This document shows, one piece after another, positions 32,701-44,330 of a stretch of 64,000 bases of DNA. The stretch spans positions 62,001 through 126,000 of the forward strand of contig NIVC01002468.1 in the NCBI GenBank assembly GCA_002269645.1, in the 5' to 3' direction. Position numbers and translations under genes: made by a program. This DNA comes from Macrostomum lignano (Eukaryota). The notes beneath the pieces were generated by a model, which saw only the letters and a list, made by a program, of their open reading frames with translations, was not told the origin of the DNA and did no database searches. Positions within the stretch are counted from its first letter, which is position 1, and each line of letters starts with the position of its first letter.

Positions 32701-35700
32701 CCCCTAGCCCAACCAACCCTACCTCCCCTACCCCAACCTACCCTACCTCCCCTACCTCAACCAACCCTACCTCCCCTAGCCCAACCAACCCTACCTCCCC
32801 TACCCCAACCTACCCTACCTCCCCTACCTCAACCAACCCTACCTCCCCTAGCCCAACCAACCCTACCTCCCCTACCCCAACCTACCCTAACTTCTCTAAG
32901 CCAACCTACACTACCTCCCCAAGCTCCCCAACCCCAACCAATTCCCCCCTTAGCAACTCACACAAGGCAGAAGCCATTATTAAGCCAGAACACGGTGGCC
33001 GGATTAAAATCCCTAGCCGAAGACACCTCGGGAGAGTAGCACAGCAGCTGATGGGCCAGTTTAGGATAGGCCACCAGCGACCAAAGCGTCCGACGCAGCT
33101 CTCCGTCTGGCAGCTCCGTGGCCAGCCGCAGACTTTCAAAGCTAATCCGATCGTGCCGCCGAGAATTCCAAGCGTACAACACCGCCATCTGGAAGGTGGT
33201 CACGTCGATGTCATATTTACCAATGTCGCTATCAAAGGTCAGAGTGCCATTAGACATTAGATGATTCCAGTGCAGCCTCCGGCCAAGATGCTTCTGCTTG
33301 TAGAAATCTTCAACGCGAGGCACAAAATCCTCCAGTTCCCGAGGCAGAGTAACGGCAATACGCTCCGACGGTCGAAGCCACGAGCCCATGTTGAGTATCT
33401 TGATGCCAACAGTCTCGGCCATGGCTTCCTGACTATTATTACGCAACTGCTCCTTGAATTCTTGATTAAGATCGCCGGACACTTTCACGTCTTGGAACAT
33501 CCTAGCCAGCTTGTTGACGTACTCGGCTGGCATGCCGCCCTCTCGAAGCCAGTCGACCATGGCTTCTTCTTTCTCCGTGTCAGCCGAACTGTCTAGTATC
33601 AGGCGCCTTGTCAGGTGGGCCTTGTGATACTTCATAAATACGTCCTTGTTTTGCACGTATTTTAGCACTAATAGCACGTCTTTTAGGCGCTTCTCCACCT
33701 GTGCGGGTAGGTGCGGGGTGTCATTGAGGTGTCAGACGGCGCTTAAGTTTCATGTGGAGCTAAAATGTCAGACGGAGCTAACGAGAGTATCAGACGGAGC
33801 TAGAATGTCAGACGGATCTAATAAATTTTCAGACAGAGCTAATGAAAGTGTCAGACGGAGCTAATGAAAGTGTCAGACGGAGCTAATGAAAGTGTCAGAC
33901 GAAACTAATGAAATTGTCAGACAGAGCTAATGAAAGTGTCAGACAGAGCTAATGAAAGTGTCAGACGGAGCTAATGAAAGTGTCAGACAGAGCTAATGAA
34001 AGTGTCAGACGGAGCTAACGAGAGTATCAGACGGAGCTAGAGTGTCAGACAGAGCTAATGAAAGTGTCAGACAGAGCTAATGAAAGTGTCAGACGGAGCT
34101 AATGAAAGTGTCAGACAGAGCTGAAGTGTCAGGTGGAGCTTAAGTGTCAGATGAAGCTAACTGAAATGCCAGACGGAGCTTAATGAAGTGTCAGACGAAA
34201 CTAATTAAAGTGTCAGACGGAGCTTAATGAAAGTGTCAGACAGAGCTAATGAAAGTGTCAGACGGAGCTAATGAAAGTTCAGACAGAGCTAATGAAGTGT
34301 CAGACGGAGCTAATGAAAGTTCAGACAGAGCTGATGAAAGTGTCAGACGGAGCTAATGAAAGTTCAGACAGAGCTGAAGTGTCAGGTGAAGCTAACTGAA
34401 ATGTCAGACGGAGCTTAATGAAGTGTCAGACGAAACTAATTAAAGTGTCAGACGGAGCTTTAAAAAGTGTTAATTCACTAAGTTCAATAACGCTTTAATT
34501 TAAACACCTAACGAAGACGTGAATCAAAACAAACCAAACGTTTTACTTACCTCGTCAGACGTAAGCCGCTTACTCAGTGGAGTCTTCCTCAACAGCATGT
34601 CGCAATAGTTAGCCAGCTGCTCCGGACACCTGGACTCCGGCAGAGTTTTACCTCCGGCAGCTTTCTTAGTTGGCAATTCTAATCGAAACACTGACGTATC
34701 GTTAACGATAGCCTCGTAGGCGATATCGCGAGACGTAAGAAACCTCGGATCGTTGCTAAACGCCCGATCTACCAAGCTGCTGAACTGCTCGAATAAGTCT
34801 AGCAGTTTCTCTACGTACTGCTCAGAGTCTGACAGGATCAGCTGAGCGCTAGCAACCATGTTCTCGAGGCCTTTCTGACGGATGTGCCGTTCCAGTGCCT
34901 CTCGCATCGGTTGGACACCGTCTGGCACGCGGTCCAGAAGGCTGAACATCAGGCGGAGCCGCTCCGTTTGACCTTCGTTTATCATCGGCTCGCACTCTTG
35001 CAGGATGGCCTCTTTAAAGGCGCTTACCTGCGGGGGAAATTTTTGGAGAAATTGGTTTGGAGGTGACACTGGAGATACGGAATCTGCCTCAATGCTAATC
35101 GAATCTGCCTCAGTGCTAATTGAATCTGCCTCAATGCTAATTGAATCTGCCTCAATGCTAATTGAATCTGCCTCACCACTACTTGAATCTGCCTCACAAG
35201 TACTTGAGTCTGCCTCACCACTACTTGAGTCTGCTTCGCTTCCCTCTATATATTCAGGATTCTAAGAAAGCAGACTCACCAGAACATCCACGCATCTAGC
35301 AACCAGCTTAGACACAGAATTGCAGCCCGGCTTGGTCTCCAAATACCGCTTCGCTCTGTCCTCCTCTTCTTTAAGCTTCTTATCAGCGTACTCCATGTAC
35401 TCTTGCACGCCTCGCATGTTCAGATGCTGATTGGCTTGAGTCCGGTAGAAAGTTTCCGTGCTGTCTAAATACGAGCGCTCGAAATTGTCCTCGTAGATAC
35501 GCAGGCGTTCGTCCGAGCTCGGACTGAGATTAACGTAGCTCTCGCGAACTCCAATCACAAGGCCAGCGTCAATGGGCTCGCCGCGGCGTTCCTGCTCCAC
35601 CAGCTTCATAGCGGAGGCCTGGGGAAGGGGGAGAAGTCGATTTGAATGAAATTTTTAAAAGAAAATGGATCAAGAAATACAGAATGGATTGCTAATCTAG

Positions 35701-37104
35701 CCAACGTCATGGATGAAGGAATAGAATGGATTGCTAATCTAGCCAACGTCATGGATGAAGGAATAGAATGGATTGCCAATCTAGCCAACGTCATGGATGA
35801 AGGCATAGAATGGATTGCAAATCTAGCCAACGTCATGGATGAAGGAACAGAATGGATTGCTAATCTAGCCAGCATCATGGATAAAGGCATAGAATGGATT
35901 GCTAATCTAGCCAACGTCATGGATGAAGGCATATAATGGATTGCTAATCTAGCCAACACCATAGATGAAGGCATAGAATGGATTGCTAATCTAGCCAACA
36001 TCATGGATAAAGGCATAGAATGGATTGCTAATCTAGCCAACGTCATGGATGAAGGAATAGAATGGATTGCTAATCTAGACAACATCATGGATGAAGGAAT
36101 AGAATGGATTGCGAATCTAGCCAACGTCATGGATGAAGGCATAGAATGGATTGCAAATCTAGCCAACGTCATGGATGAAGGAACAGAATGGATTGCTAAT
36201 CTAGCCAACGTCATGGATGAAGGAATAGAATGGATTGCCAATCTAGCCAACGTCATGGATGAAGGCATAGAATGGATTGCAAATCTAGCCAACGTCATGG
36301 ATGAAGGAACAGAATGGATTGCTAATCTAGCCAGCATCATGGATAAAGGCATAGAATGGATTGCTAATCTAGCCAACGTCATGGATGAAGGCATATAATG
36401 GATTGCTAATCTAGCCAACACCATAGATGAAGGCATAGAATGGATTGCTAATCTAGCCAACATCATGGATAAAGGCATAGAATGGATTGCTAATCTAGCC
36501 AACGTCATGGATGAAGGAATAGAATGGATTGCTAATCTAGACAACATCATGGATGAAGGAATAGAATGGATTGCTAATCTAGCCAACATCATGGATAAAG
36601 GCATAGAATGGATTGCTAATCTAGCCAGCATCATGGTCGTCAATGACTCACCTGCAATCTGTGCTTAATATCCATGAAGATATTCTGATTCCAAGCCTTC
36701 AACATGATTTTAGTGACATAGCGACTCTCTTTAGCCGACTTTTTAGACGGTCCAGTGTGCATCTTGACACCTAAAGTGCTTTCCACTTGGCTAAACGGCT
36801 TAGGCAGGTACTCGCATAGAGTGAAGAACTTCTTCCATTCAACTATGTAGGCCTTCAAAAGGGCGCTATCTTCTTGGTGCTGCATAACTCGCCTCTCAGC
36901 ATCTTTAACATAGCCAGTGATAACCTCATCTAAAGCAGTGATAAGCTTCTGTGGGCCGCTCTCGTCCCAGACGCTGATATTGTGCACAGCAGCAAACAGG
37001 TCGTGCCATTCTGCTTTGCTAACATTCTGCTGATAAAGCAACTTCTGAAGTGTGCCATGAACTGCTGGCCACTTGCTTTCAAACGATGTGTCAGCTTTTT
37101 GCAT
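29751..37104 (-). CDS. CUL5: Cullin-5, 6 coding exons, 774 aa
   Basis: Exons 37104-36652, 35618-35280, 35027-34551, 33698-32962, 32156-32033 and 29945-29751 (2325 nt), all GT-AG with compatible phases. CUL5-type motifs LLKAYIVEWKKFF, LANYCDMLLRKTPLSK and VLKYVQNKDVFMKYHKAHLTRRLIL; neddylation site IVTIMKSRK. Confidence 0.96.
29965..31790. repeat. 30-bp minisatellite in CUL5 intron 5
   Basis: Unit GTGTGATTTGTGAAGCTGTAGTGAATGCCT, about 60 copies with recurring variants. Confidence 0.96.
32660..32945. repeat. C-rich 24-bp repeat (72-bp trimer) in CUL5 intron 4
   Basis: Unit CCAACCAACCCTACCTCCCCTAGC; TAGCCC recurs at 32705, 32777 and 32849. Confidence 0.88.
33728..34465. repeat. 22-bp minisatellite in CUL5 intron 3
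   Basis: Unit GTGTCAGACGGAGCTAATGAAA. Confidence 0.93.
35078..35240. repeat. 21-bp minisatellite in CUL5 intron 2
   Basis: Unit GAATCTGCCTCAATGCTAATT, about 7 copies. Confidence 0.88.
35678..36635. repeat. 42-bp minisatellite in CUL5 intron 1
   Basis: Unit GAATGGATTGCTAATCTAGCCAACGTCATGGATGAAGGAATA, about 23 copies. Confidence 0.95.
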
Positions 37105-37606
37105 GTTTCACTTGGTCTATTGTTGAGAGTCAGACACTGTTTTCTTTATTTTATAGTTCTATTGTTAACAATATGCAAGCATGAATGTTATTAACAATTT
37201 TATTGTTCGAATCTATGATGCCAAAGTGAAAATCAACATCTCTACCTCTCTGGCCAATAGAAGTTGTTTGCTGTCTGCAGGCTCCATGTTTTATGGATTT
37301 TGACATATTTTAAATTCCAAAAATCCTAATAATTCTAAACTTATTCATACTTCAAAAAAGAATTGTAAAAGATATTAGAACTTAAATAAAAATGGTATCC
37401 AAAATAGAAAAAATAGGGTGCTAGTTTGGCATTAGGCATTTAAATTCAAGATGCCTAAATTAAAATTGATTTGCTATGACTAGAAGTAATTAGCATCGAA
37501 ATCATGATCCTTAACTGCTAATTGGAAAAAATTGGAATCCCAATTGTACCTTATCTCTAAAAATTATATTGCCAACCTTTTCACATAAGCTATAGTCATA
37601 GTCATG

Positions 37607-38243
37607 GGCTACCAGACATTTCCCCTCCAGCATTTCCCCTCTGGCGATTTCCTCCGGACATTTCCCCTTGGCAGCATTTCCCCTCCGGACATTTCCTCTC
37701 CAAACATTTCCCTTCGGCGGCATTTCCCCTCTGTATATTTCCCCTCCGGACATTTCCCATCCAGCTATAACGAAATAACAGAGCTTTAGAACATGCCAAA
37801 AAGAAGTTTTGCATGCATGTACATCACATCCATGTAGTTATGCTGTTAGATTGCTTTTATTTTAAATATTATGTAAGTAAAAAGTGAGAGTAGATGGTTT
37901 TATTATAATAAAATTATTATATTTTTTTGTATATTATTATTTTTATACTATAATATTATAATATTACTATATTATTACATTTATATATACACTTATATAC
38001 ATTTATATATATATACATGCAACTTATGTTCTCTTACGACATGTCCGAAGGCACTGTTATTTCATTATAGATGAAGGGGAAATGTCCGGAGGGGAAATGT
38101 CTGGAGGGGAAATGCCGGAGGGGAAATGTCTGGAGGGGAAAAGTCCCCGAGGGGAAATATCCTCGAGGGGAAGTGTCCGGAGGGGAAACGTTGGAGGGGA
38201 AATGTCCGAAGGGGAAACGCCAGAGGGGAATTATCCGTAAGCG
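37607..38243. mobile_element. Foldback/Mutator-like MITE
   Basis: 9-bp direct repeat ATAGTCATG at 37598-37606 and 38244-38252. Imperfect inverted arms of about 190 bp built from GACATTTCCCCTCC-type subrepeats surround an AT-rich spacer. Confidence 0.7.
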
Positions 38244-39044
38244 ATAGTCATGACATATTTTCAATGATACAAAATCTAGCTAATGATAATTAATTCACTT
38301 GTGATCCTTTTTGACATGAAATATTGGTTAGAAATGCACCTGGTTAACACAACTATTGCTATTTATCAAAATTAATGTCTGATTAAAACAAATATTAGAA
38401 TAGTATTTGACTGCATTGTTTTGCATTGCAAATAGGTGAAAATGCTTGTAATTTTAGGAAAATGAGTCAATGGCATTAAATATTGCAAGATAAGCTATAA
38501 ACTAAAATTAACTGATTTTTTTAATTGATTGAGCTAATGTAGATATATGAGAATTTTTTTAAACTAATTGATTTATATTGTACTTTCTTTGCAAACCAAA
38601 GTATACAAAAACACAAAATATTAATAGAAAGAGGCTATAGAGATTTGTAAAGATCAAGTTGCAATAAAACCAATTATAGTGTAAGAGCTGAGAATTAAAA
38701 GTCAAATTATGAAGTATATACTATGGCATGCATGTGCAACATGTACAATAACTGAGAAGCAATTATATAGCTAGCAAGGTTAAAATGACTTACCCAACTG
38801 AGGCAGAAGCATGCACAAAGTAAAGTGTGATGAAAATAATAAGACCATACATGCCCAACACCTGTCCAACCTGTTTGAACTGGACAGGTGAAATGGCCGC
38901 CGGTTAAGGTAAGTCGCAAAATTGAAAATGGGAAAAACGAAAAATTGGGGGAAGAAAGAAAGGAGAGGAAGAGAAGAGGAAAAGAAAGAAAGGAGAGAGG
39001 GAAAGAGGAGAGAGAAAGAGAAAGAGAAGAAAAGAGAACAGAGG

Positions 39045-39675
39045 AACTAAGTAGCAATTAGGAGGAACTAAGAAGCAATAGAGAGGAACTAAGTTGCAAT
39101 CGGGAGGAACTAAGTTGCAATTGGGAGGAACTAAGTTGCAATCAGGAGGAACTAAGTCACAATCAGGAGGAACTAAGTCACAATCGGGAGGAACTAAGTC
39201 GCAATCAGGAGGAACTAAGTCGCAATCGGGGTGAACTAAGTTGCAATCAGGAGGAACTAAGTTGCAATTGGGAGGAACTAAGTCGCAATCGGGAGGAACT
39301 AAGTCGCAATTAGGAGGAACTAAGTTGCAATTGGGAGGAACTAAGTTGCAATCGGGAGGAACTAAGTCACAATCGGGAGAAACTAAGTCGCAATTAGGAG
39401 GAACTAAGTTGCAATCAGGAGGAACTAAGTTGCAATCAGGAGGAACTAAGTTGCAATCAGGAGGAACTAAGTTGCAATCAGGAGGAACTAAGTTGCAATC
39501 AGGAGGAACTAAGTTGCAATCAGGAGGAACTAAGATGCAATTGGGAGGAACTAAGTTGCAATTGGGAGGAACTAAGTCGCAATCGGGAGGAACTAAGTCA
39601 CAATTGGGAGGAACTAAGTCGCAATCAGGAGGAACTAAGTTGCAATTGGGAGGAACTAAGTTGCAATCGGGAGAT
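39045..39675. repeat. 21-bp minisatellite
   Basis: Unit GAGGAACTAAGTTGCAATCAG, about 29 copies. Confidence 0.95.
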
Positions 39676-39689
39676 TTTTTGCCTGTCCT

Positions 39690-39890
39690 CTAGGCGTTGC
39701 AGTAGTGTATCTAGGCATTGTATATATGGCAAATTTTTGAAGGCATGATACATAGAAGACTCCAATTTGTGTGCAGCACAATGGTGTTGGAAGAAATTGT
39801 TTCTTGCCTGTGGTTTTAGCAAACTTGTAAGTCCAACTCGACTTCCTGTCATCACAGATGCTGTATCTGTTGTAACGCCCTGTGGGTTGT
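39690..39890 (-). pseudogene. hAT-family transposase fragment
   Basis: Reads GVTTDTASVMTGSRVGLTSLLK...FFQHHCAAHKLES, resembling the second catalytic Asp motif (TDGASVM-G) and the CxxH motif of hAT transposases. The flanking frame is disrupted. Confidence 0.55.
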
Positions 39891-40260
39891 TGCATCTGCA
39901 ACATGATTCTCAATTTTTGCATTCTGCACAGATAGATCTCTATTAGAAGCAACAATCTTTGGATTTTGCACAGCAATTAACAGTCCTTCTCTGTGTGGGA
40001 TGGTGGTGCTTCTAGTTCTCTTGAATGTGTTGCAGCTGCACCATCACCTGATCCCTGGGCTGCACTTAGATTGCTGGTAAATTGTATTCTAATATCCAAT
40101 GCTCACCAGAACAATTATTAACATCTCCAAGAGTTACACGACCCAAGTTTCCATCGTGTAAAGAGCAATGGCTTTCACTCTTCAGCTGCAGAAAGGGGGC
40201 ACCGGTTGATAGAATAGTTTTCATGGCCTTTTTCACTCCATTTACATGCAGGATTCAGTA

Positions 40261-41507
40261 TACGAGGGCTGAGCAATAAGTTTCTGGGTGTGCATAGTTA
40301 AGAGGCGACTGACAAAATCTGACACCATAGGTGTCAAGTACATTATATAAGTACAATGTTTATAAAGTTTCAAACACACTGGTCATACATAGCCAGTGCA
40401 GCATCCCAAACCAAGCTAGCATAGCCATCCTATCTATCAAATTCACAATGGAGCTCAATAGGAGTCATTTTAGAGCAATGATAAGTTTTTATCACTTTTA
40501 AAAGCCACTTTTAAAGTGGTTTGCGGCAGCAAGAAAGTCTTGAGCGATTGCGAGAAGCTTTTGGGGATGAAGCACCATCTAGATCCACCGTTTTTGACTG
40601 GTTTGCCAAATTTTGATGCGGCAGACAGAGTCTGGATGATGAGGAGTGCAGCGGCTGGTCTGTCTCCGCAACGACTGAGGATAATGTTGCTACTGTCCAG
40701 GCCATGGTTGAGGATAATGCCCGAGTGACTGGCCCAGATAGAGGCAGAGGTGGCATCTCATCAGGATCTATCAGGACAATCCTGCATTCACATCTCAACC
40801 TAAGCAAGATTTCTGCATGCTGGGTGTCTCATCAGCTGACTCCAGAGCAGAAGGAGGCTTGGGTGACCTGATGCCACACTATGCTCGACAGATTCAATGG
40901 AGGCAGCTCAAACTTGGTCTGGGATATTGTCAATGGTGACGAGTCCTGGATCCATAGTTTCAACCCAGAGACTAAGCAGCAGTCGGCCCAGTGGACTCCA
41001 GTTGGTGGCACCCCACCATTTAAGCTTCGGTGAGAGTGCAGCGTGGCAAAGCAGATGGTGGCCATTTTTGTGGTGGTAGTGCACAGTCACCGGTAACTGG
41101 TATGCCAATGTTTGCCTGCCAGAAGTGCTGAGCGCTCTCTCCAGGCATCGCCCAAGGACTCAAGCTTGGGGCATCCTTCTCTATCACAACAATGCCCCGG
41201 CCCACAAGGCTCGACAGGTGGCGGAGTTCTTGGCCGGAGAGCGCATTCAAGAGCTTGGTCATCTACCCTACAGCCCCATGTTTCCACAAATCAAGCGCAG
41301 GATGCGTGGAATCCACTATGGATCATCAGAAGCTGCAGTGGAGGCCTTCATCTGACATGTGGAGGAGGTGCCTGCTTTAGCAAGTGGTAAAGCGCTATGA
41401 AAATTTACATCGAATCTGCTGGAGAGTACTTTGAAAAGATGTAACTGTTTTTCTCTCTAACTATTTCTGTCTGGGCACATCTGGAAACTTATTGCTTAGC
41501 CCTCATA
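40261..41507 (+). mobile_element. Full-length but inactivated mariner (Tc1/mariner) transposon, 1247 bp
   Basis: TA TSD. TIRs TACGAGGGCTGAGCAATAAGTTTC / GAAACTTATTGCTTAGCCCTCATA. Transposase remnants WVSHQLT, IVNGDESWI, LYHNNAPAH and HLPYSP carry stops, frameshifts and a deletion after YSP. Confidence 0.92.
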
Positions 41508-42832
41508 TAGTCAGGTGCAGGTCTATCTTTAAGTGAAGTATATAATGACTCAAAGAATGTACACCTATATATATGAGTGCACAAGTGTACATAAACAAGT
41601 TAGTTTGCCAGAAATATACAGTACAGTATGTAAAGTGTAGCCTACAGGGTACAGGGTACAGTGCAGTTTAGTACAATGCTGCATAAGTGAATGATAAATC
41701 AATTGGTAAAGAGAGTAAGGGCAGGAGAAAGGGAAGAGAAATGAGGCACTTCCATGTTTCAATAAGCACAAGCATGCACGAGGCGTCCTATCCCCCCCCC
41801 CGGTCCTTAAGTGTGGTGGTATATAGGTAAGTTGCAAATCTGGACAAAACTAAGTCATACTGGATGGGTGAAATTTTGAGGTTGGGCATATATGACTAAG
41901 ACAGCAACCCCCATCCCTGATAGCACAAATCAAATCAAATCACAAATCACAAATCAGCACTAGGTTCTTTATAAGCAGAAGGTATTTCAGTATATATGTT
42001 AAAAGGAACTATTGTATATTTATTATTAAAAGAATTAATTCTGCAAACTATGTTATAACTTTTATTATATTTGTTTTTATTTCTAAAAGGTTGTATATAG
42101 AGACTCTTACTCTATTGAGTATACACTCTCACACTGCATGCCTATCCTAATACACAGCCTAATATGTTTTCATTTTCAACAAGACATCAAACAGGACATA
42201 CATGCGCAACAGTTGGCCAAGTTGGCCAATCTAGCTGACTGATTTGGCAGCCAATCAAGGAAGTTGCAAAAATGCCCACCTGAAAAATACCAAAGTAGTA
42301 TTACTAAGTAGCTGACAAGGCATTTTGACCTAATAAGACAGTCACAGTTACTCCTGCCATTTACCCAAAGTTGCATTAATTTTGCTTTAGGGTTTTTATT
42401 ACATGTAAGTTGCATTTTTAGCCAAAAACTATGTTGCATTTTTGTTAAAACTAAGTTGCATGACTGACCAAATTTTAGAGGTTGCGCATGTATGAAACAG
42501 GACATTTAGCAGTTTGTAGCAGCTTTATTCTATAGTTTTTGTCTCTTAGATCTATAATGCAATGCTGTTTGCACCCAAGTTTATAAAATTGCAAAGTCAT
42601 AGTCACTGCAAATGCAATTAAAATCATGGTTTCCACTAACTCTGAGGCCTAGATAAAATAGGTCTCCATGTTTTGTAAGCAGTTTAGTTTGCTTAGCTAT
42701 ATAACCTGGATATCCAACTGTAGCAATAGTTACATCTTATCATACATTGCTACTGTCTACCATGAAAGAAAATAATAATGATTATTAATATTAAACTTAT
42801 AATAAATTTCTTATCAACAAAACATAAAGCCT

Positions 42833-43188
42833 GGGGGCCGTAGCCCAGCGGTAGCGCAGCTGCTCTGGTGTGCCGCGACCCAGGCTCGATTCCAAGTGCA
42901 GCCACATTAATTTGGGGCTGAATTGGAATTTCAGCTTGGCTCGCCTGTGCAATTAACGGCCTTGAGAGCCAACCCCCCTAAGGCGCAGTGAAATGTACAT
43001 GCCTAACGATAATATAAAGTTAGGGCCACTGTACACTCCTGTGTGAGTGTGTGCCTGCGTAACGTATCCGCGCGCTTGTATGCCTGCTCAGGGGAGTCGG
43101 CGGAATGGGCAGTAATGCCTCTTGCCGGTTGTGTGCCTATGTTGCCTAAAGTGCGCCAGGGTGCACACAACCCCCTGCCTCTAATAAA
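42833..43188 (+). mobile_element. tRNA-derived SINE, 356 bp
   Basis: Pol III A box TAGCCCAGCGG and B box GGCTCGATTCC, A-rich tail, 14-bp TSD AAAACATAAAGCCT (42819-42832 and 43189-43202). Confidence 0.85.
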
Positions 43189-43355
43189 AAAACATAAAGC
43201 CTTAAATGGTATTTTTAGCATCATTTAATGATTTTTTCATACTAAAAATCACCGTACCCTGTATATATATTAATTTCTTATTGTTATTCTTGTAAATATT
43301 CTTATTGATTTTTTTGTATTTTTTTACTTAGCTTTGATGTAATTGCATTTGTGTA

Positions 43356-43598
43356 CAGGGGCGTAGCCAGGATTTTTTTTTGGGGGTATCAGTTAGCTGT
43401 TATCAGAAAGCAAGGGCTTGAGATCCACATATCCCCTTAATGTATTTCTAGTGCATAATACATATAATTACTCTATTTGTTTGTTAATTGTTATTCTGTT
43501 AATTGTTAATTGTTTGTTTATTAAAAAGAAAAAAAATGTTGCTTTGGAAATTTGGGGGTATCGGCCGATATACCGATACCCCCCTCGCTATGCCCCTG
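43356..43598. mobile_element. hAT-type MITE, 243 bp
   Basis: TIRs CAGGGGCGTAGC / GCTATGCCCCTG; 8-bp TSD TTTGTGTA on both sides. Confidence 0.88.
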
Positions 43599-44330
43599 TT
43601 TGTGTACCTTGGTTATACTTCAATATTTTGCCCTGCTGAGAATATAGATCATCATAGCATCAGTTTTTATGTTCAATATACTTATAGTGTTCCTGTTCCA
43701 CCATAGCTATAGCTGCAGCTATAGGATCTTATGGAAATATGGTAAAATAGGTGCATATGGCAACTACAGATATGCCTATAGTAGATAGCTACTCTTATGG
43801 CTATGACGATGAAATATAGTAGCTGTTGTTGCATTTTGTAGATTCCTATAGCCATAGGCTTAGAGTTAATAATTAAAAAAAATAACAAAATATTAGAAAT
43901 AGATAGAGACAATAGAGTAAAACAAAGAGTACTTTGGTAGATTGTATTATAGACTAGATTTTTTTAAGTTGGAAATCCAGTTACCAGCTAGCCCTTAGGG
44001 CTCAAAATCTAGTTGCCAATGTTTATTTTTGGTTGCACATTGGCAATTAGCTAAATTATCAAAGATAGATATTTCTAAAGCTGCACTTGAAAAGCAGAAA
44101 TTTGTTCACTTAACTCTTGTCTAAGATTGCTATCTATTCTACAAACAATAACAAACCAATAATTCTATCATATTGATTCATATAGCACTTTTATTATACT
44201 TTTAGACTTACAAACTTAAAAATTAGGCCTATACCTAATAAAGTACCTACAATAAAACACTAGCAAAATCAAACTTTAAATAATGTGAAAAAGTTTAGCA
44301 TTAGTACTTTCAGTTCAGTAGGCCCCTAGC

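Noticed and set aside
35606-36643. 345-aa MMLARLAIHS-repeat ORF and its EWIANLAN antisense ORFs (also at 28531-29337)
   Set aside because: 42-bp satellite, intronic in CUL5 at this locus; open on both strands only because the unit lacks stops in those frames.
42833-42908. Possible tRNA gene
   Set aside because: A and B boxes are present but the acceptor stem does not pair; the sequence continues into a SINE body with A tail and TSD.
43095-43125. GGCGGAATGGG resembling the 3' end of HDV-like ribozymes
   Set aside because: No P1/P3/L3 pseudoknot elements could be built upstream by eye.
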